This document shows, piece by piece, positions 1-12,735 of a DNA stretch of 64,000 nt. A program made the position numbers and the translations under genes. Position 1 is the first letter of the stretch. Each line of letters starts with the position of its first letter. Source of the stretch: Amphiscolops sp. MND2022 (lineage: Eukaryota); assembly GCA_964187785.1 (NCBI GenBank), contig OZ076409.1, positions 56,794,001 to 56,858,000 of the forward strand. The letters are read 5' to 3'. Below the pieces are notes generated by a model. That model was not told the origin of the DNA. It did not search any database and worked only from the letters and a program-made list of their open reading frames with translations.

Positions 1-2330
1 TCGGGCTGCGCGAGCGCAGTCGCCTCGATCAATGCCTTCTTGATCTCGTTGAAGGCCTTTTGTTGTTCGGGGCCCCATGCAAACGTGGCATTCAGTCCAG
101 TGACGGCGTGGAGGGGCGCAACCAGCTTGGCATGCCATGGGATAAATTCACGATAATAATTAGCGAATCCCAAAAAACTTTGCATCTCTGTCTTGTTGCG
201 AGGGATTTCCCAGTCGCGCAATTTGGCAACAGCCTTCGGGTCCGGCTTGACACCTTCTGCAGAGACCACGCGTCCCGGGTACTTGATTTCTGATTTCATG
301 AAATCGCATTTGGCCACGCGCATCTTGAAGCCAGCCTCGCGGAGGCATTCAAAGACTTCGCGCAGACGCGCCATCTGATCTTCCACAGTCTCCGTTGCTA
401 TTACTATGTCATCAATGTATGCCATGACCATGCTGCCTTTGCGATTAACTATTTTTTGTAGCGCTCGCGCTATTGCTCGCTGGAAAGTGGCCGATGCATT
501 GCACAAGCCAAATGGCATTCTCCGCCATTCAAAGAGTCCCAACTCACAGGCAAAAGCAGTCTTGTGGCGGTCCGCCTTTCGCAAAGGAATTTGCCAGAAG
601 GCCCAGGCAAGATCTATGCTAGTGTAGATCTTTGCATTGCCCAGTCGCGCCAGGCTTTCGTCGATGCGGGGCAAGGGGTAGGCATCCTTAATGGTCACTT
701 CGTTTAGCGGTCGGAAGTCGCAGCAAAAGCGCAACTCCCCGCTTTTCTTTTTTACCATTACGATGCCACTTGCCCAAGGGGACAGTGAGTGTTGTATCAT
801 CCCCAAGGCCAGCAGGCTTCGAACCTCCTGGTTGGCTCGTTCAGCCTTTTCGGGGGACATTCTGCGAGCACCTTCACGGTGCGGTACAGCCCCAGGCTCT
901 ACCTCTTTCGTGTGTTTAGCAATGGTACAGCGGCCAATATCCGCTTTACGCTTCATGAATAGGTCATCGAACTCGTTAAGAATGTTGTCCAAGGACTCGC
1001 AAGCGCTAGCGCCCCAGAGTTTCTTAACCTCTTGCAATTGAGAATCGGGCCCAGGGATCGGGGCCAATAGGTCCGGGTCGGTGCGCTTACGAATCTCGCG
1101 CTCCGAGAGCCCCGCTTCACTTGGATCCGTCGAAGACAAAAACTCAAATTCAGACGAAGAAGTCAACTCAGAAGCAGTGGATAGATTCATTTCACTGTAC
1201 ACTTTATAAACAAAATTTGCTCGACTGTTGTCGGCTTCAGTTTTATGGTCAGTTTCTGCAGTAGCATCCAGACTTTGGGGCACAGCCTGATATACTAAGG
1301 ACACAGGCACTACCGTGCCCAGGTGGACACCACATCGTACACGTTGCTGGTTGCTGGTGAGGTTTATCAGACTCACGTACAATGTTCCTGTCTCACTGAC
1401 AGTGGCCACGCTGTTCTCTAAAAAGATGGTATTTTGCAATGAGGGATCAGACAACGAGGCGTTAAGCGCCACGGTCTGAAAAATTAGTGGTTCAAGCGCG
1501 TCGGTGACAAGTTTAGCCTTTGCCACTGTACGCTCGAAAGGCTGTAGGACCAAATCACTGTCCAGAGCAAGGGGAGTAGTTAGCGAAGCGTCACCTACCT
1601 GGGTGTGTGCATGATGCCAGACGGGTTTCACTGGTGCTCGCACCACTATCTTCATGGAGGTTAGGTCTACCAGGACTTGGTAGGAACGGAGGAAGTTTCG
1701 ACCCAGCAGAAAGTCCTCCACACCCATCGCGTCATCTACCACAACAAAATTGGTTTCGAGTTCATACCCTCCCAACTGGAAGCGAACTTGCTCAGCTAAC
1801 CCGAAGGTCTTTATTGTCTTCCCATTGGCAGCGTACAAATCAATTTGATAGGGTTTCAGGACCGCACCGGTCCGTGCAGCTACCCGATTAAAGGCGGAGA
1901 AGGTTAGTATGGACACCCCGGAACCAGTATCCACCAAGCCTCGCAGTGGGATAGGTGCCGCATGGGGCACCACAAAGGAGACAACAAGCGACGCACGCTC
2001 ATCTATCCGCGCTTCTCCGGTGGGTTCTTGGTGATTGATATTATAGCATTTCAGCTCTTGAGGTCCCAAGCATAAGCCGGGTGGGAATACATCTACCACC
2101 ACGCAGGCCTCGAACTTCACGTCCACACCGTCCATCGTTGCACAGACTGGTACCGGAGAGTACTTAGTCAAGGTTTCTGACTCCCCAGGGACGTACCACT
2201 GCTTTGGGCGGGGCAACTCCATCCGTTTATAGAGGATAGATAGCTCAACCCAGAGTTTCGCCAAGGTTAGCGTTGGTCTACGCACCTGCTCGGCTGCCAG
2301 CATCAGATGGATCGAGATCAACGTTCGCCC
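1..2330 (-). CDS. pol: pol polyprotein (pseudo-protease, aspartic protease, linker, reverse transcriptase), apparently open to the window edge
   Basis: Hand translation: GLVDTGSG (D at 1929-1931), FLLGRNFL, SPWASGIVMVKKKSGELRFCCDFRPLN, MPFGLCNA, MAYIDDIVI (~400-425), SFLGFANYYR. PR and RT motifs are in the same frame. It is absent from the ORF track, consistent with no stop before base 1. Confidence 0.9.
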
Positions 2331-5009
2331 CTGTGGGCTCCACAACGTGGGCTCCACATGTAACTATCAGTGGGGTATGAAACGCTGGAGGTTCTGCCGG
2401 GTGCAGCATTAACACACGATCATCCTCCAGGGGTACGGTGTGGGCGGCAACACCAGCGGATTCCACCTCGGCCCATCGATTGTAGGCCAATTCATCATTA
2501 GGCCTTGGAGCTTGAGAATGCTCACCGCAGGGGACATCCACATGGTCATAGACTCCACAGTGCGCACACTGATGAATGCCTGGATAATTCTCCAACACGC
2601 CATCAGTCACGTCTTCAGCAGTGACTTTCACGCCTTCTGGCTCGGGAGCTGCCACTGGTTTGCGAGCCTGGTCGCGGGTGGGACAGTCCCGGGCAAAATG
2701 CCCAGCTTGACCGCAATTAAAGCATGCGCCAACGTGGGCGTGCCGCAGGCTGCACTGCTGCCTGATTTGGCGTGGCATTGCTCGCAGGTGGGGGAGGCAT
2801 TACCCCTTGAGGCAGCACCAATTTGTTGGGGGGTAGTGGCGCGAAGGGATGAGGTCTAGACCTCATTGCTAATCTGGGGTCATAGGGTTGAGGGTATTGG
2901 TTGGGTTTAGGACGATTGCGCTGCAATTGGCGGGTGGTGAAGCGAAGGGATTCCACCGTAGGTGGTTCGGTCAGGAAGACTTCCGAGGCATACACTATAG
3001 CAAGCTCCCGTCTCAACGCTGGGTCTCGCACGCCTTCCATAAAGCACTGCAGGATTTCATAGCGCTTGGTAGTGATTGCCTCTTGCGGGAATCCTTGACT
3101 TCTAAGACCCTCTAGAGCGTCTAAATACTGCATCCAGTCTTGTTTCTCATGTTGAATGCGGCTTTGGAAGGCTTGTCGTACTTGCATACGATTTCCTCCA
3201 GCTACAAAGCGGCTAGATAACAATTCAAACACCTTCTCGGGGGTATCACGTTCGGATTCCGCTTTGTTAATGATGTAGTTGCGAGCTTCACCTTCAAGGT
3301 GACCAATGATGCTCCAGGCCTGGTCCTCTGCCGAGACCTTGGTTTGCGTCCTCTTTAAGTATCTCTGCATATTAAGGATCCACCCATCATTTGATCCGTC
3401 TTTGGAGCCGCGATACACATTGGGTCTCGCCTGAGCCAAGTCTCTACCGGCGAGCAAAGGCGCTAACTCTTTTGACATTGCCTTTGATATGGCGGCCGTG
3501 AATCTCAGCTGCTCAGGGGATATGGCTTCTCCTTCTTCGACCATAGCCTCCCCCTCACGCGTCCTGTCATGACTACCAAGAGTGGCTTGTATTGACAGGT
3601 CAGCGATCTTGTCCTTCTTGCGTGTGCTGCTAGCACAGGGAGTGCCCGAGGGCAGTCCATGATCGGCTGACAAGTCTGCGGTCAAGAATAAAGAGTCTGG
3701 TACTGACATCGAAATAGGGGCTGTTGCAAACGTTGCTCCCTCGGTTTGAGAACCTAGGGTTGCCTTAGTGTTGGATAAGTCGACTTCAACCGACTTCAAC
3801 CGAGTCAAGGTAGATTGTTGACATCGGATCCACGCCTTGATCACGAGTGGTGCTTTGGGCTGCAGAGGGCATTGTTGACTCTGCTGAGTCGTGATTTCCT
3901 CACATCTGCACTCGTGCAGGCTTGCGCTCTGCATCGGGCGTGGTTAGCACCAAATTTCCGGCTGCTCCTTCATCTTTCCGGGTCGCAGGTCGCAGGTACC
4001 GTCAGCCTGGAAGTGCTGGGCTTCAACGCACTTGGCAGTTCCGGTTTCACTACTTGGCTCGGGTATGTCGGCTCCGAGACACGGACTGGGCCTCCATTCC
4101 GCACACCTCCACTTGCACTGGGCTGCCGCGGGAGTGACCTCTCGCGTCTCATGACATCAATGGCATTGAGTACTGTATGCATCTGATTGCTTAAGTCGTT
4201 GATCTGCGTTTCCACACGCAACTCGCGGGCCATCAACATGTCATTCATCTCTCTCATCCGGTGACCCAATGTGTCCACTCGAGCATTTTGCACGTTCTGC
4301 GCGGTACGCAATTGATCACTGACTTGCAGGCACTCACGCATCGTCGTCTGCATCACTTTAATATTTTCCACGATGGCAAGTGTTGCTCATTGCACTCAGC
4401 ACGAGTGCTGGCCAGACCTGCTAAAGCCCGTTGGGTTTCGGCTTGGGCATCCAATAACGCTGCCTTGTACACCGAAGACCGTTGCGACGAGGCCAATGAA
4501 CCCGTCATACTCCTGACGCGGGACGCCTCCTGACGATGCTCGCCTGCATTCAGCATGGGTGGTCGCACCTTCTTGTGCTTTCCGTAGGCACAGATCCGAG
4601 TAGGTCCTCGAGTGGTCCCGAGTCCTCGCGGTCTCGCGTAACCCATACCTCCCACATAAGTGAGATCCTGCTCCATGTCAGTCTGTGAGCCGGGTTGTGC
4701 CTCTTCAGCTGGGGGTGCGCGCGAGCACCCTTCCTCAGCCACAAATTCATTGGTTGCATTCGAATTGGGCCAGCCCTCCTCCATTTCAGTGGTTCTATCG
4801 CGGCAGGTTTCGTCAACCCACTGCTCGGTTCGACGCGAATTCTCGGAAACACTTGAATTCTCGGAGGGAGGAACCATAGCGGCCAATTCCTCCTTTCGTT
4901 GTTGTTCAATAGTGACCACATCAGACATGTCGTCTGAAAAACGCGAACTATCCATCGTGACCCACGATTGTGAACATGTAGGGGGCACCGCCATCAGTTC
5001 GGTGGCCAA
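2278..5009 (-). pseudogene. gag: gag, broken by frameshifts into ORFs 4353-5009, 3970-4371, 2717-3934 and 2278-2778
   Basis: Capsid-like segment (AWSIIGHLEGEARNY...FQSRIQHEKQDWMQYLDALEGL) and two CX2CX4HX4C knuckles (CFNCGQAGHFARDC; CAHCGVYDHVDVPC). The ORFs abut or overlap in different frames. Confidence 0.8.
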
Positions 5010-7503
5010 TGCGTTTTATTAATGGCGATCGAGTTACCGCTCACGATTACTCGGAAGACTCAAAATAGGTCGCCGAACGCACCAGGGTCTTCAATTCGAG
5101 ACTGATCCCTTGGTCGTCTCGGTGAGCACTTCTAAGAAAATTAATGTTACTCAATGTCCAAAATTTTTCGAAACACGTTCTAGAGCTCGTAGGGTGTTCA
5201 AAATTGCACAGCGCTTTCCCACAAGCACACTGGGCCAGAAAATCAACCTGGTTTGGGGGCAAAAAGTCTCCAGTCACCCACAGGAAGAATTTCAGAGAAT
5301 TTTTGGATTTTCCAAAAATCGCACAACAACACTCAAGAGGCTCGTGTGTGCGCTGGAAGCGCTGTATCAAGCCCACAATTGACCAGCAGATTTTAGGTAC
5401 ACGTAGGTTTACGAAAATGAACACAGTTTTGAGCTGTGCTCCTTCTACACAGTTTCACCTAGGTACAGACGTGCGGTACGACTATGTACCGAAATACACT
5501 GTTTTTCACGTTTTTTTCAAGATTGCGGTCCACTGGAAAGAGCTAGCAAGCTCAAATTCTCTGCAGCAACGTAAGAATTAGCACAAGTTACGATGGTGGG
5601 TTGCAATATAGCCCCACCCGTCGGCCAAGGTGCCCGGGTTATTTGGAAAAATTAAGAAAAAACTGCCTTTTTGCACCCCTTTTTGGGCTCCACGTTTTTT
5701 CTATTTTCTCAACAAATGTCGCACAGATCGGCACCAAACTTGGTAGCCTATGCCAGTAGGCACCTACAATGCCACTGGAATGGTCGAATTGAAGCGCGAG
5801 CGCTTATTTGAGGTTTCGACCCACTATGTACGTTGTACACGAAAAAACACTGTTTTTGACAACTTTTTTCACAAATTGACCAGGAGGATCACCTCAGAAA
5901 GTGATACGGCGGGCAAAACGAGACCAACGTGTTGCCCCATTATTCGTAGCACTGGGATAAACCCTCAATTGGTTGTGCCCGTTAGGTATAAGGCACTGAC
6001 AGTCCTGCAGTTTTGGATTTTTTCGGTCTTTTTATGCTTTTCTGAAGTCGAAACGTCAGAGAGCTTTTCTCGACTTTGGTGACCGATACGCTCACCACAT
6101 TTTCGGCACTAACGTTAATTTTTGTGGTGATTACGAAAATGCAACCACTTTTTGGCTAGGGCTCAGGAATCTATGCCCCGACCCTAGTTCAGAGACAGTC
6201 CGGTTTTGTGGAAAATTGATCAAATTCAGTGCGTTTTTCCACTTTTCTCAACACTGAATGGGAATTTTCACACGCGGTTTTCACCACCACGCGTTGTTTT
6301 TGCTACTAAAATCGAAAATGAGAACGCTCAAGCCAGCTCTCTTCGAATAAGCTTTGCTCCCGAGACTTTCTTATAATGCACTTTCTCTGCCCGAAAATGC
6401 CAAAAATCACAAGTTTTTCGCACTGTGTCAGCCCCAGGCTGCCTGAGTCCGCTACAAAAGTTGCAGTTAGTATCCTGAGGGTCAACTACACTTAGGGCAA
6501 TGCCGTACACTGCTATTTTGCACTTCCATACTCGTGTACGTTCACATTTTAGGTGCCTTTTTGGCCAAATCTCCACTTTTTCCACATTTTTCGGCGTCAA
6601 ATTCGCATTTTTATCACCATCAAAGGCTTCAACTTCGCCTTTCGTGCCTCGTGCCGGCTTTCTCGAGCCCTGCAGCTGCTTTTTCAAAACTTTCCACCAA
6701 GCGTTCCTGGCTTCTTTGAGCACTAGTCTCGAAACCAAGAAAAACATCAAAAAAACGCAAAAATGAGGTTTTTTTCTCCAAGTGCTATCTTTTTCAAAGA
6801 AAAGCACTTCATAGGGTGTCGTTACATTTATGGTAGAATGTTATTGACCTGCACCAACGATTCCCCATCGAAAGAGGTGTATTTTCAAAATTTTCGCTAA
6901 CCATACTCCATCTGAGCGACACATCTGGTCATAGGGGGTGCATCTTCGCCACGTTATTTCTCCACATCTAGACCAGACAGAAACACGCGGGTGGGACCAT
7001 TAGCACCGTCTGTTGTTGCACTTGCTGTCCATCAAAAACCATGCCTCTAGGACGTCTCCACGAGAAATGGAAATAGGAAGTAGGCAACACAAGATTTGTC
7101 CCCTCCTTCGCCTCGCTGGAATATGGTCGACCATCCATCCGTTACCCTCTTGCATAGCATAAACTGGCTGAAAATAGCTCAGAAAACCTGTTAGACACCC
7201 GTAGCCACGTGCTACGGTCCTCTGCACCTGCAAAAAGGTACCCGCTGATGGGTACACAACACATCACACATAAAGAGCGATTTCCTTCTAAAATGCCCAA
7301 AAATACCATTTTCACACCTGAAAATACGATTTCTTCGGCATTTTCTCTGGTTCAACGCCTCTCCCAGTTCCAGTAGGACGTAATACGACTTAAAAAAGGT
7401 AAAACTCTGCTTCTCTCTCCTGTCCAGAGTCGAAAACGGGCTTGGCGCTGATCACCAGGGGGCCAGATCTTTTAAAAACCGCAAGGGAAAGTTTCCCAAG
7501 ACG

Positions 7504-7521
7504 ATCCCTCTGTGGTCGCCA
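7504..7521 (-). promoter_or_regulatory. primer-binding site, probably tRNA-Arg
   Basis: Minus strand reads TGGCGACCACAGAGGGAT; + strand ATCCCTCTGTGGTCGCCA resembles the 3' end plus CCA of metazoan tRNA-Arg (recalled, not searched). Confidence 0.7.
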
Positions 7522-7536
7522 AAAAATGAGTTTCTA

Positions 7537-8265
7537 TGTAACGATAAGCGCTGCCGCTTGAACCGCAACTTAGAGTGGAGGAACTAGAACTGCGAATATA
7601 ATCTGGGACCTAGATCTCCGCGGCTCTAGCTCATTTTCCCTCCGAAGGAGCCAGTCCCAAGGTGGGGGAACCGTCTTGTAGGATACTCTCTGGCCTGGTC
7701 CTAGTCTGTAACTGCTAAAAGTAACAGGCATCTTGCAAGACTCAAGACCACTGCTCAACTAGCCTTTAAAAATTGGGCTGAAAATCGGTGGAGGTTGAAC
7801 CGTAATATTGGAGAATCCGATAAAATCGCCAAATTGGATAAACAGATGTTAAATAACAGCTCTCGAGCACATTAATTTATCACATCGAAAAATACAACAA
7901 GAAATCAAGAATTAAGAGTCATTTGTTGGAGATTGACCTCAGCTTCCCAGCGCTAGCGCTAGTTGCCACACAGGATACCGCAGGAACACTCAGGCGAACA
8001 TCTGGAACACTGGTTTTCTCTACTGTAGTAACGGATATCTCCTAGAGATGGACACTATACCGTGTTCTGTATGCGTTGGGGACGTCTTTTTAGTCGGCTC
8101 CGGTGCTTGTTCGTCGCGAGCGGCGATTTCTGATTTTCTGGGGTGCTTTTTCTGGCAGGTACTTCGTCTTGAGCATGTTTGAGTGCCACGTCAAATTTGA
8201 ACGAATTTTTGACGAAATTTCTAAACACGTCGGTTGATATTGCTGTACCAGAGCTTGCCGTTACA
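7537..8265 (-). repeat. 5' LTR of element A (729 bp)
   Basis: Inverted termini TGTAACG...CGTTACA; homologous end to end with solo copies at 12736-13448 and 38573-39287. Confidence 0.88.
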
Positions 8266-8560
8266 CATAGTCCACTCTGTAATAATAAGGTGAATGCTGA
8301 TGAGTACCACTTTTTACTGGTATGGGCTGAGTTACAAGACTTACGTGCAAAAAATCTAAGCAAGTGCTATCAACAAAACCCCAGTTTTCTGAAACTTGAC
8401 CAACTGATCAACTTGAGAAGCACCGTAAAATTACCGCACCTCAGTATGTATTGTAAATTGGTCACCGACCGTGTGCGATGTAAACTTGAAAATTTGAATT
8501 TTGTGCACCCTAGGGGGTAACAATAGTGAATTAAATATTCATTCATTCATTCATTCATTC
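8266..8560 (+). mobile_element. 3' end of a LINE (C-terminal zinc-finger region of ORF2 plus microsatellite tail)
   Basis: Translates PLCNNKVNADEYHFLLVWAELQDLR..., a degenerate CxxC..DExHFLLxC motif, followed by an (ATTC)n tail at 8537-8560. Confidence 0.65.
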
Positions 8561-8579
8561 TGTCAGTTCGACTAATTTA

Positions 8580-10600
8580 GTCTGTCGTTTCATCCTTTTT
8601 CTAACACAATTTATACTGTCACTTGCTGAAAAATTTCTCAAAAAAAGTTTCAAGAAATTGAAATGCACCCACAAACGATTGGGCCCTTAAGTTTTTTCCC
8701 TTGTTTTCATGTTGTGAAACTCTCGTTCGTATCAAGAAATTGTCCAGCCGGGTGACTATTTCGAACTGTAGCGGTTCTTTCACTGATAGCTAGAGTATTG
8801 GAATAATTTTCGTTGACTTTTATACAATTCTCAAAATCTTCAATGTCCAGGAAAATCAACGCTGTTCATTGCGAAATCGCAAAAACACTGTGCTCGTTTC
8901 AAGTTATCTAGAAATACTCGGATTCCCAAAATACTTTTGGGATACCCAGATATCCCTTTCAGTTTTGGTTGATTGTCTCTGTCAATTTTTGTTCTTGAGT
9001 TCAACCATGTGGGCTTTTTCCTTCGCAGGAGGAATTTCATCTTCCTAAACCTTGTGAGACTTTATTCTTTTGTCTCTTTTAACCATTATTACAGATGGCA
9101 ATTTGAGGAATATACGCTTTCTGATAATTCTTGAACCTTGTGACTATTTTATTTTGACTTGGTTATGATAAAAAGAACGGTTTTATCTAAGATCTGAATT
9201 TCACTAACTAAATGCTACGTACAGTTTGCTACCAACTCGATGCTCAATTTGTAACAAAGAATTTTGGTATAAATCTAATGTACCATACATAGTTTGTCTA
9301 TATGTATATGAACAAAAAACAAAAAATTAGTTTTTTTTGGCGATGGCTGTTTCAATTTGATAGGCTTTTGATTGACTGCAAACCGAATAAATTCGAACGC
9401 GGTAAACCAACGTATAACAGTGACCAATTTCTATTAGCTTTTTCAGCTCATTTTCCACTGCTTCTTGCCGGCGGATTGATCTCCGTCTCACTTTTTGTTG
9501 TATTTTCTGTGAATTGAATTTCAATTGCAAGTCGACTTCGCTGCCTTTTTCATACATGGCAATTGAATAGTTCTTAGAATCAGTTTTTGACTTGCAGCGC
9601 TTTTTCGCTCCGTCGGTGATTTTTTGGTAATTGTTCATTATTGGTTTTTTATTAGCACCATTGGCTATTTTAGTTCGATGTTTAATTCTTTGATCCAATC
9701 CAAACAAAGTTGCAATTGAAGGTTTCGTTTCTTCTGGCTACTTCCCTTTTCTTTTGTTTTATAGTGTTGCTTCAGTTTTTGCCATTGTACTATTTTCCTC
9801 TAATAACTGTAATTTTGTGTCTGAATTAGAAGGGTTTGATTTTGCCTTGCAAACTTTTTTTGATTTTCCGTAGTGCCCGGTTTTTACGGATTTTCCTTGA
9901 CAGACGTTGCTCTGATTGCACTTTTTTCCACAGTCACAGCGACCCAGCTTTTTTTCTTTGAAAAAAAGTTTCTCTTTTTTGTTTTCTTCACAATCATACT
10001 TCTTTTGAGCCTCAGCGTTTGTTTGCGCGTGCTTCTTCAATGTGTGTCCTCTCAGAGGAGTTCTAGGTTTTGGTCAAATTTAAATTCAAGATTGTCTTTA
10101 TATTCTTGTTTTTGATTTTGAACATGAGCTTTGCAAGTGGTTTCATTTGGAAAACTCCTTTTCCATTGAATTCCAATTTGCATACTCATGTCTGTTCGTG
10201 GTTTCTGCCTTCATATAGTTCCAAGAAGTCGTTTTTTGTGGGTTGTGTGTTCTCATCCAAAGAAAATTTGCTTTTGCCTTACTTTACTAGCTTTTTTACC
10301 AACAATCAATTCGTTGAGTAGTTTTCTTGTCATGGCATGAATTGCCTCCAACACCACCTTCTTCAGTATTTTTTTGAATTTTCGATCCTAGTTCGTTTGA
10401 TACTGTTGTTCTTGATTATGAAAGCTTTTACTCTGGGTTTGATTTATGAACAGTGTGAATCATGCCAACCATAGTTCAGTGTCAGTTGTTGATAACCTGT
10501 GTGAGTATTGCTGAAGAATTGTTTGGGGTCATGTAATGCGTTCTGTTGCGGGTAATTCTTTTTTATTTCTTCTTTGGTTTTTGGTTACCGTGAAGCACTT
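8580..10600 (-). pseudogene. highly decayed Gypsy gag-pol remnant
   Basis: Fragments RCDCGKKC...KTGHYGKSKKVCKAK (decayed knuckle), QEAVENELKKLIEIGH (RT start) and SFVGAFQF (RT end, ~8660-8680); many stops. Boundaries are approximate. Confidence 0.55.
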
Positions 10601-11203
10601 TAAATGAATGCTGACGGCGTCATTGTGAGTGTATTATATTTCATTGAGACTGGATGGAAAAAGGTCAGTAAAACATAGACTTTTAACGATACCTAAAATC
10701 TGAAAGTTCTACTGAAGGTTCAGTATTTTTTCAACTGAGTATCATATAGTTTGTAGACCGGTCATTGACTAGACGGTAAGTAATTAATTGGTTGGTCAGC
10801 GACCTTCAAGTTCTCTATACCACACGGGCTCCTGTTTTTTCTTCGTGTTTATTCTTCAAGTTTTAATAAAATCAGTAATTTTAAATGAGGCCAAAGGTTC
10901 GAATTTGTTAACGGCCACCTGTTTTGAAAATTAATCGTCAATCAATGGATTTGAATGACATTCAACCAACGCGTTTAACTGAAATACAAGACGCCGGCGA
11001 ATGAAAAAATATATATATTCCAAACGCATTGATTGTAATGTAGGCCACAGTTAGTAAATTTCAGAAAATGAAGAGCTCGTTCTTTAGCCTTTAGCAAACG
11101 CATAATTTTAGAAATGTTTCAGAACTTGCACTGATCAACTTGATTCGAACTAAAAATACATTGATGCAGCAAGCATGATTCTTGTAAACTGCCAGTAACT
11201 CAA

Positions 11204-11365
11204 ATGCATGAAAGGAGAAATATGCGATCCACAATAAACAACATGCGCAGTGGGCATAGATTACAATACAGAGCTTTTGGTGAGGTGTGCGCTCTGTATT
11301 CATATTTGATGACTACAATCCCAGATCTGTATTCAAAGCTCTCTCAATTATCATCTTCAGCAAAA
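11204..11365 (+). CDS. candidate TM1 exon of the PACC1-like gene
   Basis: Peptide ...LYSYLMTTIPDLYSKLSQLSSSAK is in register with recalled human PACC1 TITDFREKLKHPVMS; donor AAA|gtaaag. The TM segment is weakly hydrophobic and the acceptor/start is uncertain. Confidence 0.35.
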
Positions 11366-12114
11366 GTAAAGACGCAACTGGAAAAATATTTCCTCTCAAT
11401 TCGAGAATCTCAATTGATAGCTGGTCGTTTTGTGTGGACTGTGATTGATGCAATATTTGCACGAAATAACAAAGGTGATAAATTTTTTATGTCTCTTTCA
11501 AATTTAAGCTCTAAAAGACTCCTAAATTTGCAGCTCATTTAAAATTCATATTTTACAATTCGCAAAGTTGAAATGTGTCAGTTTGATTTACTTTTTTTTG
11601 ACAGTCTCTCGTTCGCTCATACGCGAGCAGAGACCCGTGAATCTGGTACCGTGATTTGCACCTTATGATTTAAGCACCTTATGATTTAATTTACAACGGA
11701 GCCGACGCAGTCCATAAATGATCAAACAGAGACCAAATGTGGCCCCCGTGAAAAAATGTTTACTCTGAGAGCTTAACGTCACAAATTTTGCAGTAATAAC
11801 CGCTGTAATGGGATATGATGGGATATGAACGGGCCACTGATGGTTTTCTTCTACTTGCCAACTAGGGGACTTTTTCACACGGGTTGTTAAAATAGTATTA
11901 CAATAATTTAAATTTTACTATGGTTTCTGATTGATATCCATTCGAAGGATGATACGGAATCGGAGGTTCTCCATTGATACTAACCATTAATGGAAACCCG
12001 AAAAATTCATTTTTGAGGAGCTTTTTCTACTTTGAAAACGCCAATTTGATTTCAGCGAATGGTTTTTGACGAATTTTCACATGCCAATAAAAATGTTCAT
12101 TTTTATCTCAATCA

Positions 12115-12614
12115 AAACCCCCGGCGCGCTGAAAAAAAGGTCTTTAGTACTTTTAACACCCGTTCTGTTGCTAAAAAATTGAAAAATTGAAATGGGACCC
12201 TTTACAGACACTTAAAAATTTTCGAAAAAAAAACAAAAATGGGAATTTTGAACAGTGCCCAATAGTGCCGAAAAAGATAAGAGGGGGGACCCTTTCGGAT
12301 TTTTAAATATCCATTCTGTTGCAAAATATCAAAAAAAAGATGTAAGGGGGACCTTTTGGAGATATTAAAAAAATTTTCAAAAAAAGTCCCACAGTGCCGA
12401 AAAAAATCGAAAAGGGGACCCTTTAGTCTCGCCCGGTATTGTATGTTACGCTGAAAAAAGGAACAACATTTATAATTCAGTTCCGTGTGCAAAATGGTCC
12501 ATATTCACACCTTAAAGTTTCGTAGAACTCCGTAGATCTATTTTGGTCAGTTCGTGTTGATTGAAAAAGGAATCACTATTAAAGCCGCGTTTCCTTTCTT
12601 GAAGCGCCGACTAA
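12115..12614 (-). mobile_element. Helentron/DINE-1-like non-autonomous repeat, 3'-truncated copy
   Basis: GAAGCGCCGACTAA at 12601-12614 is the reverse of the family 5' end; internal GGGACCCTTT/AGTGCCGAAAAA repeats are shared with other copies. Confidence 0.55.
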
Positions 12615-12735
12615 CAAATGAAGCCAGAACGCCCGGTAAAAAATAGAAAGACAAAACACTTTGAGGAAAAAGAACGAACTCGGAACTCAGGTCTAGATAA
12701 ATCAATCGGGGACGCAATGGCTCTGCGACATATTC

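Larger units (their letters stand above)
1..8265 (-). mobile_element. Ty3/Gypsy LTR retrotransposon A (5' LTR, PBS, long leader, gag, PR, RT; 3' part lies beyond the left window edge)
   Basis: Order on - strand is LTR (7537-8265), PBS, gag with CCHC knuckles, protease LVDTG, RT YIDD. PR directly followed by RT fits Gypsy. Confidence 0.93.

Noticed and set aside
60..1891. + strand ORFs over the pol region
   Set aside because: Antisense shadows of the GC-richer pol reading frame.
5047..6807. Several 90-160-aa ORFs in the leader of element A
   Set aside because: They overlap on both strands, are biased to F/K from A/T tracts and carry no recognisable motifs.
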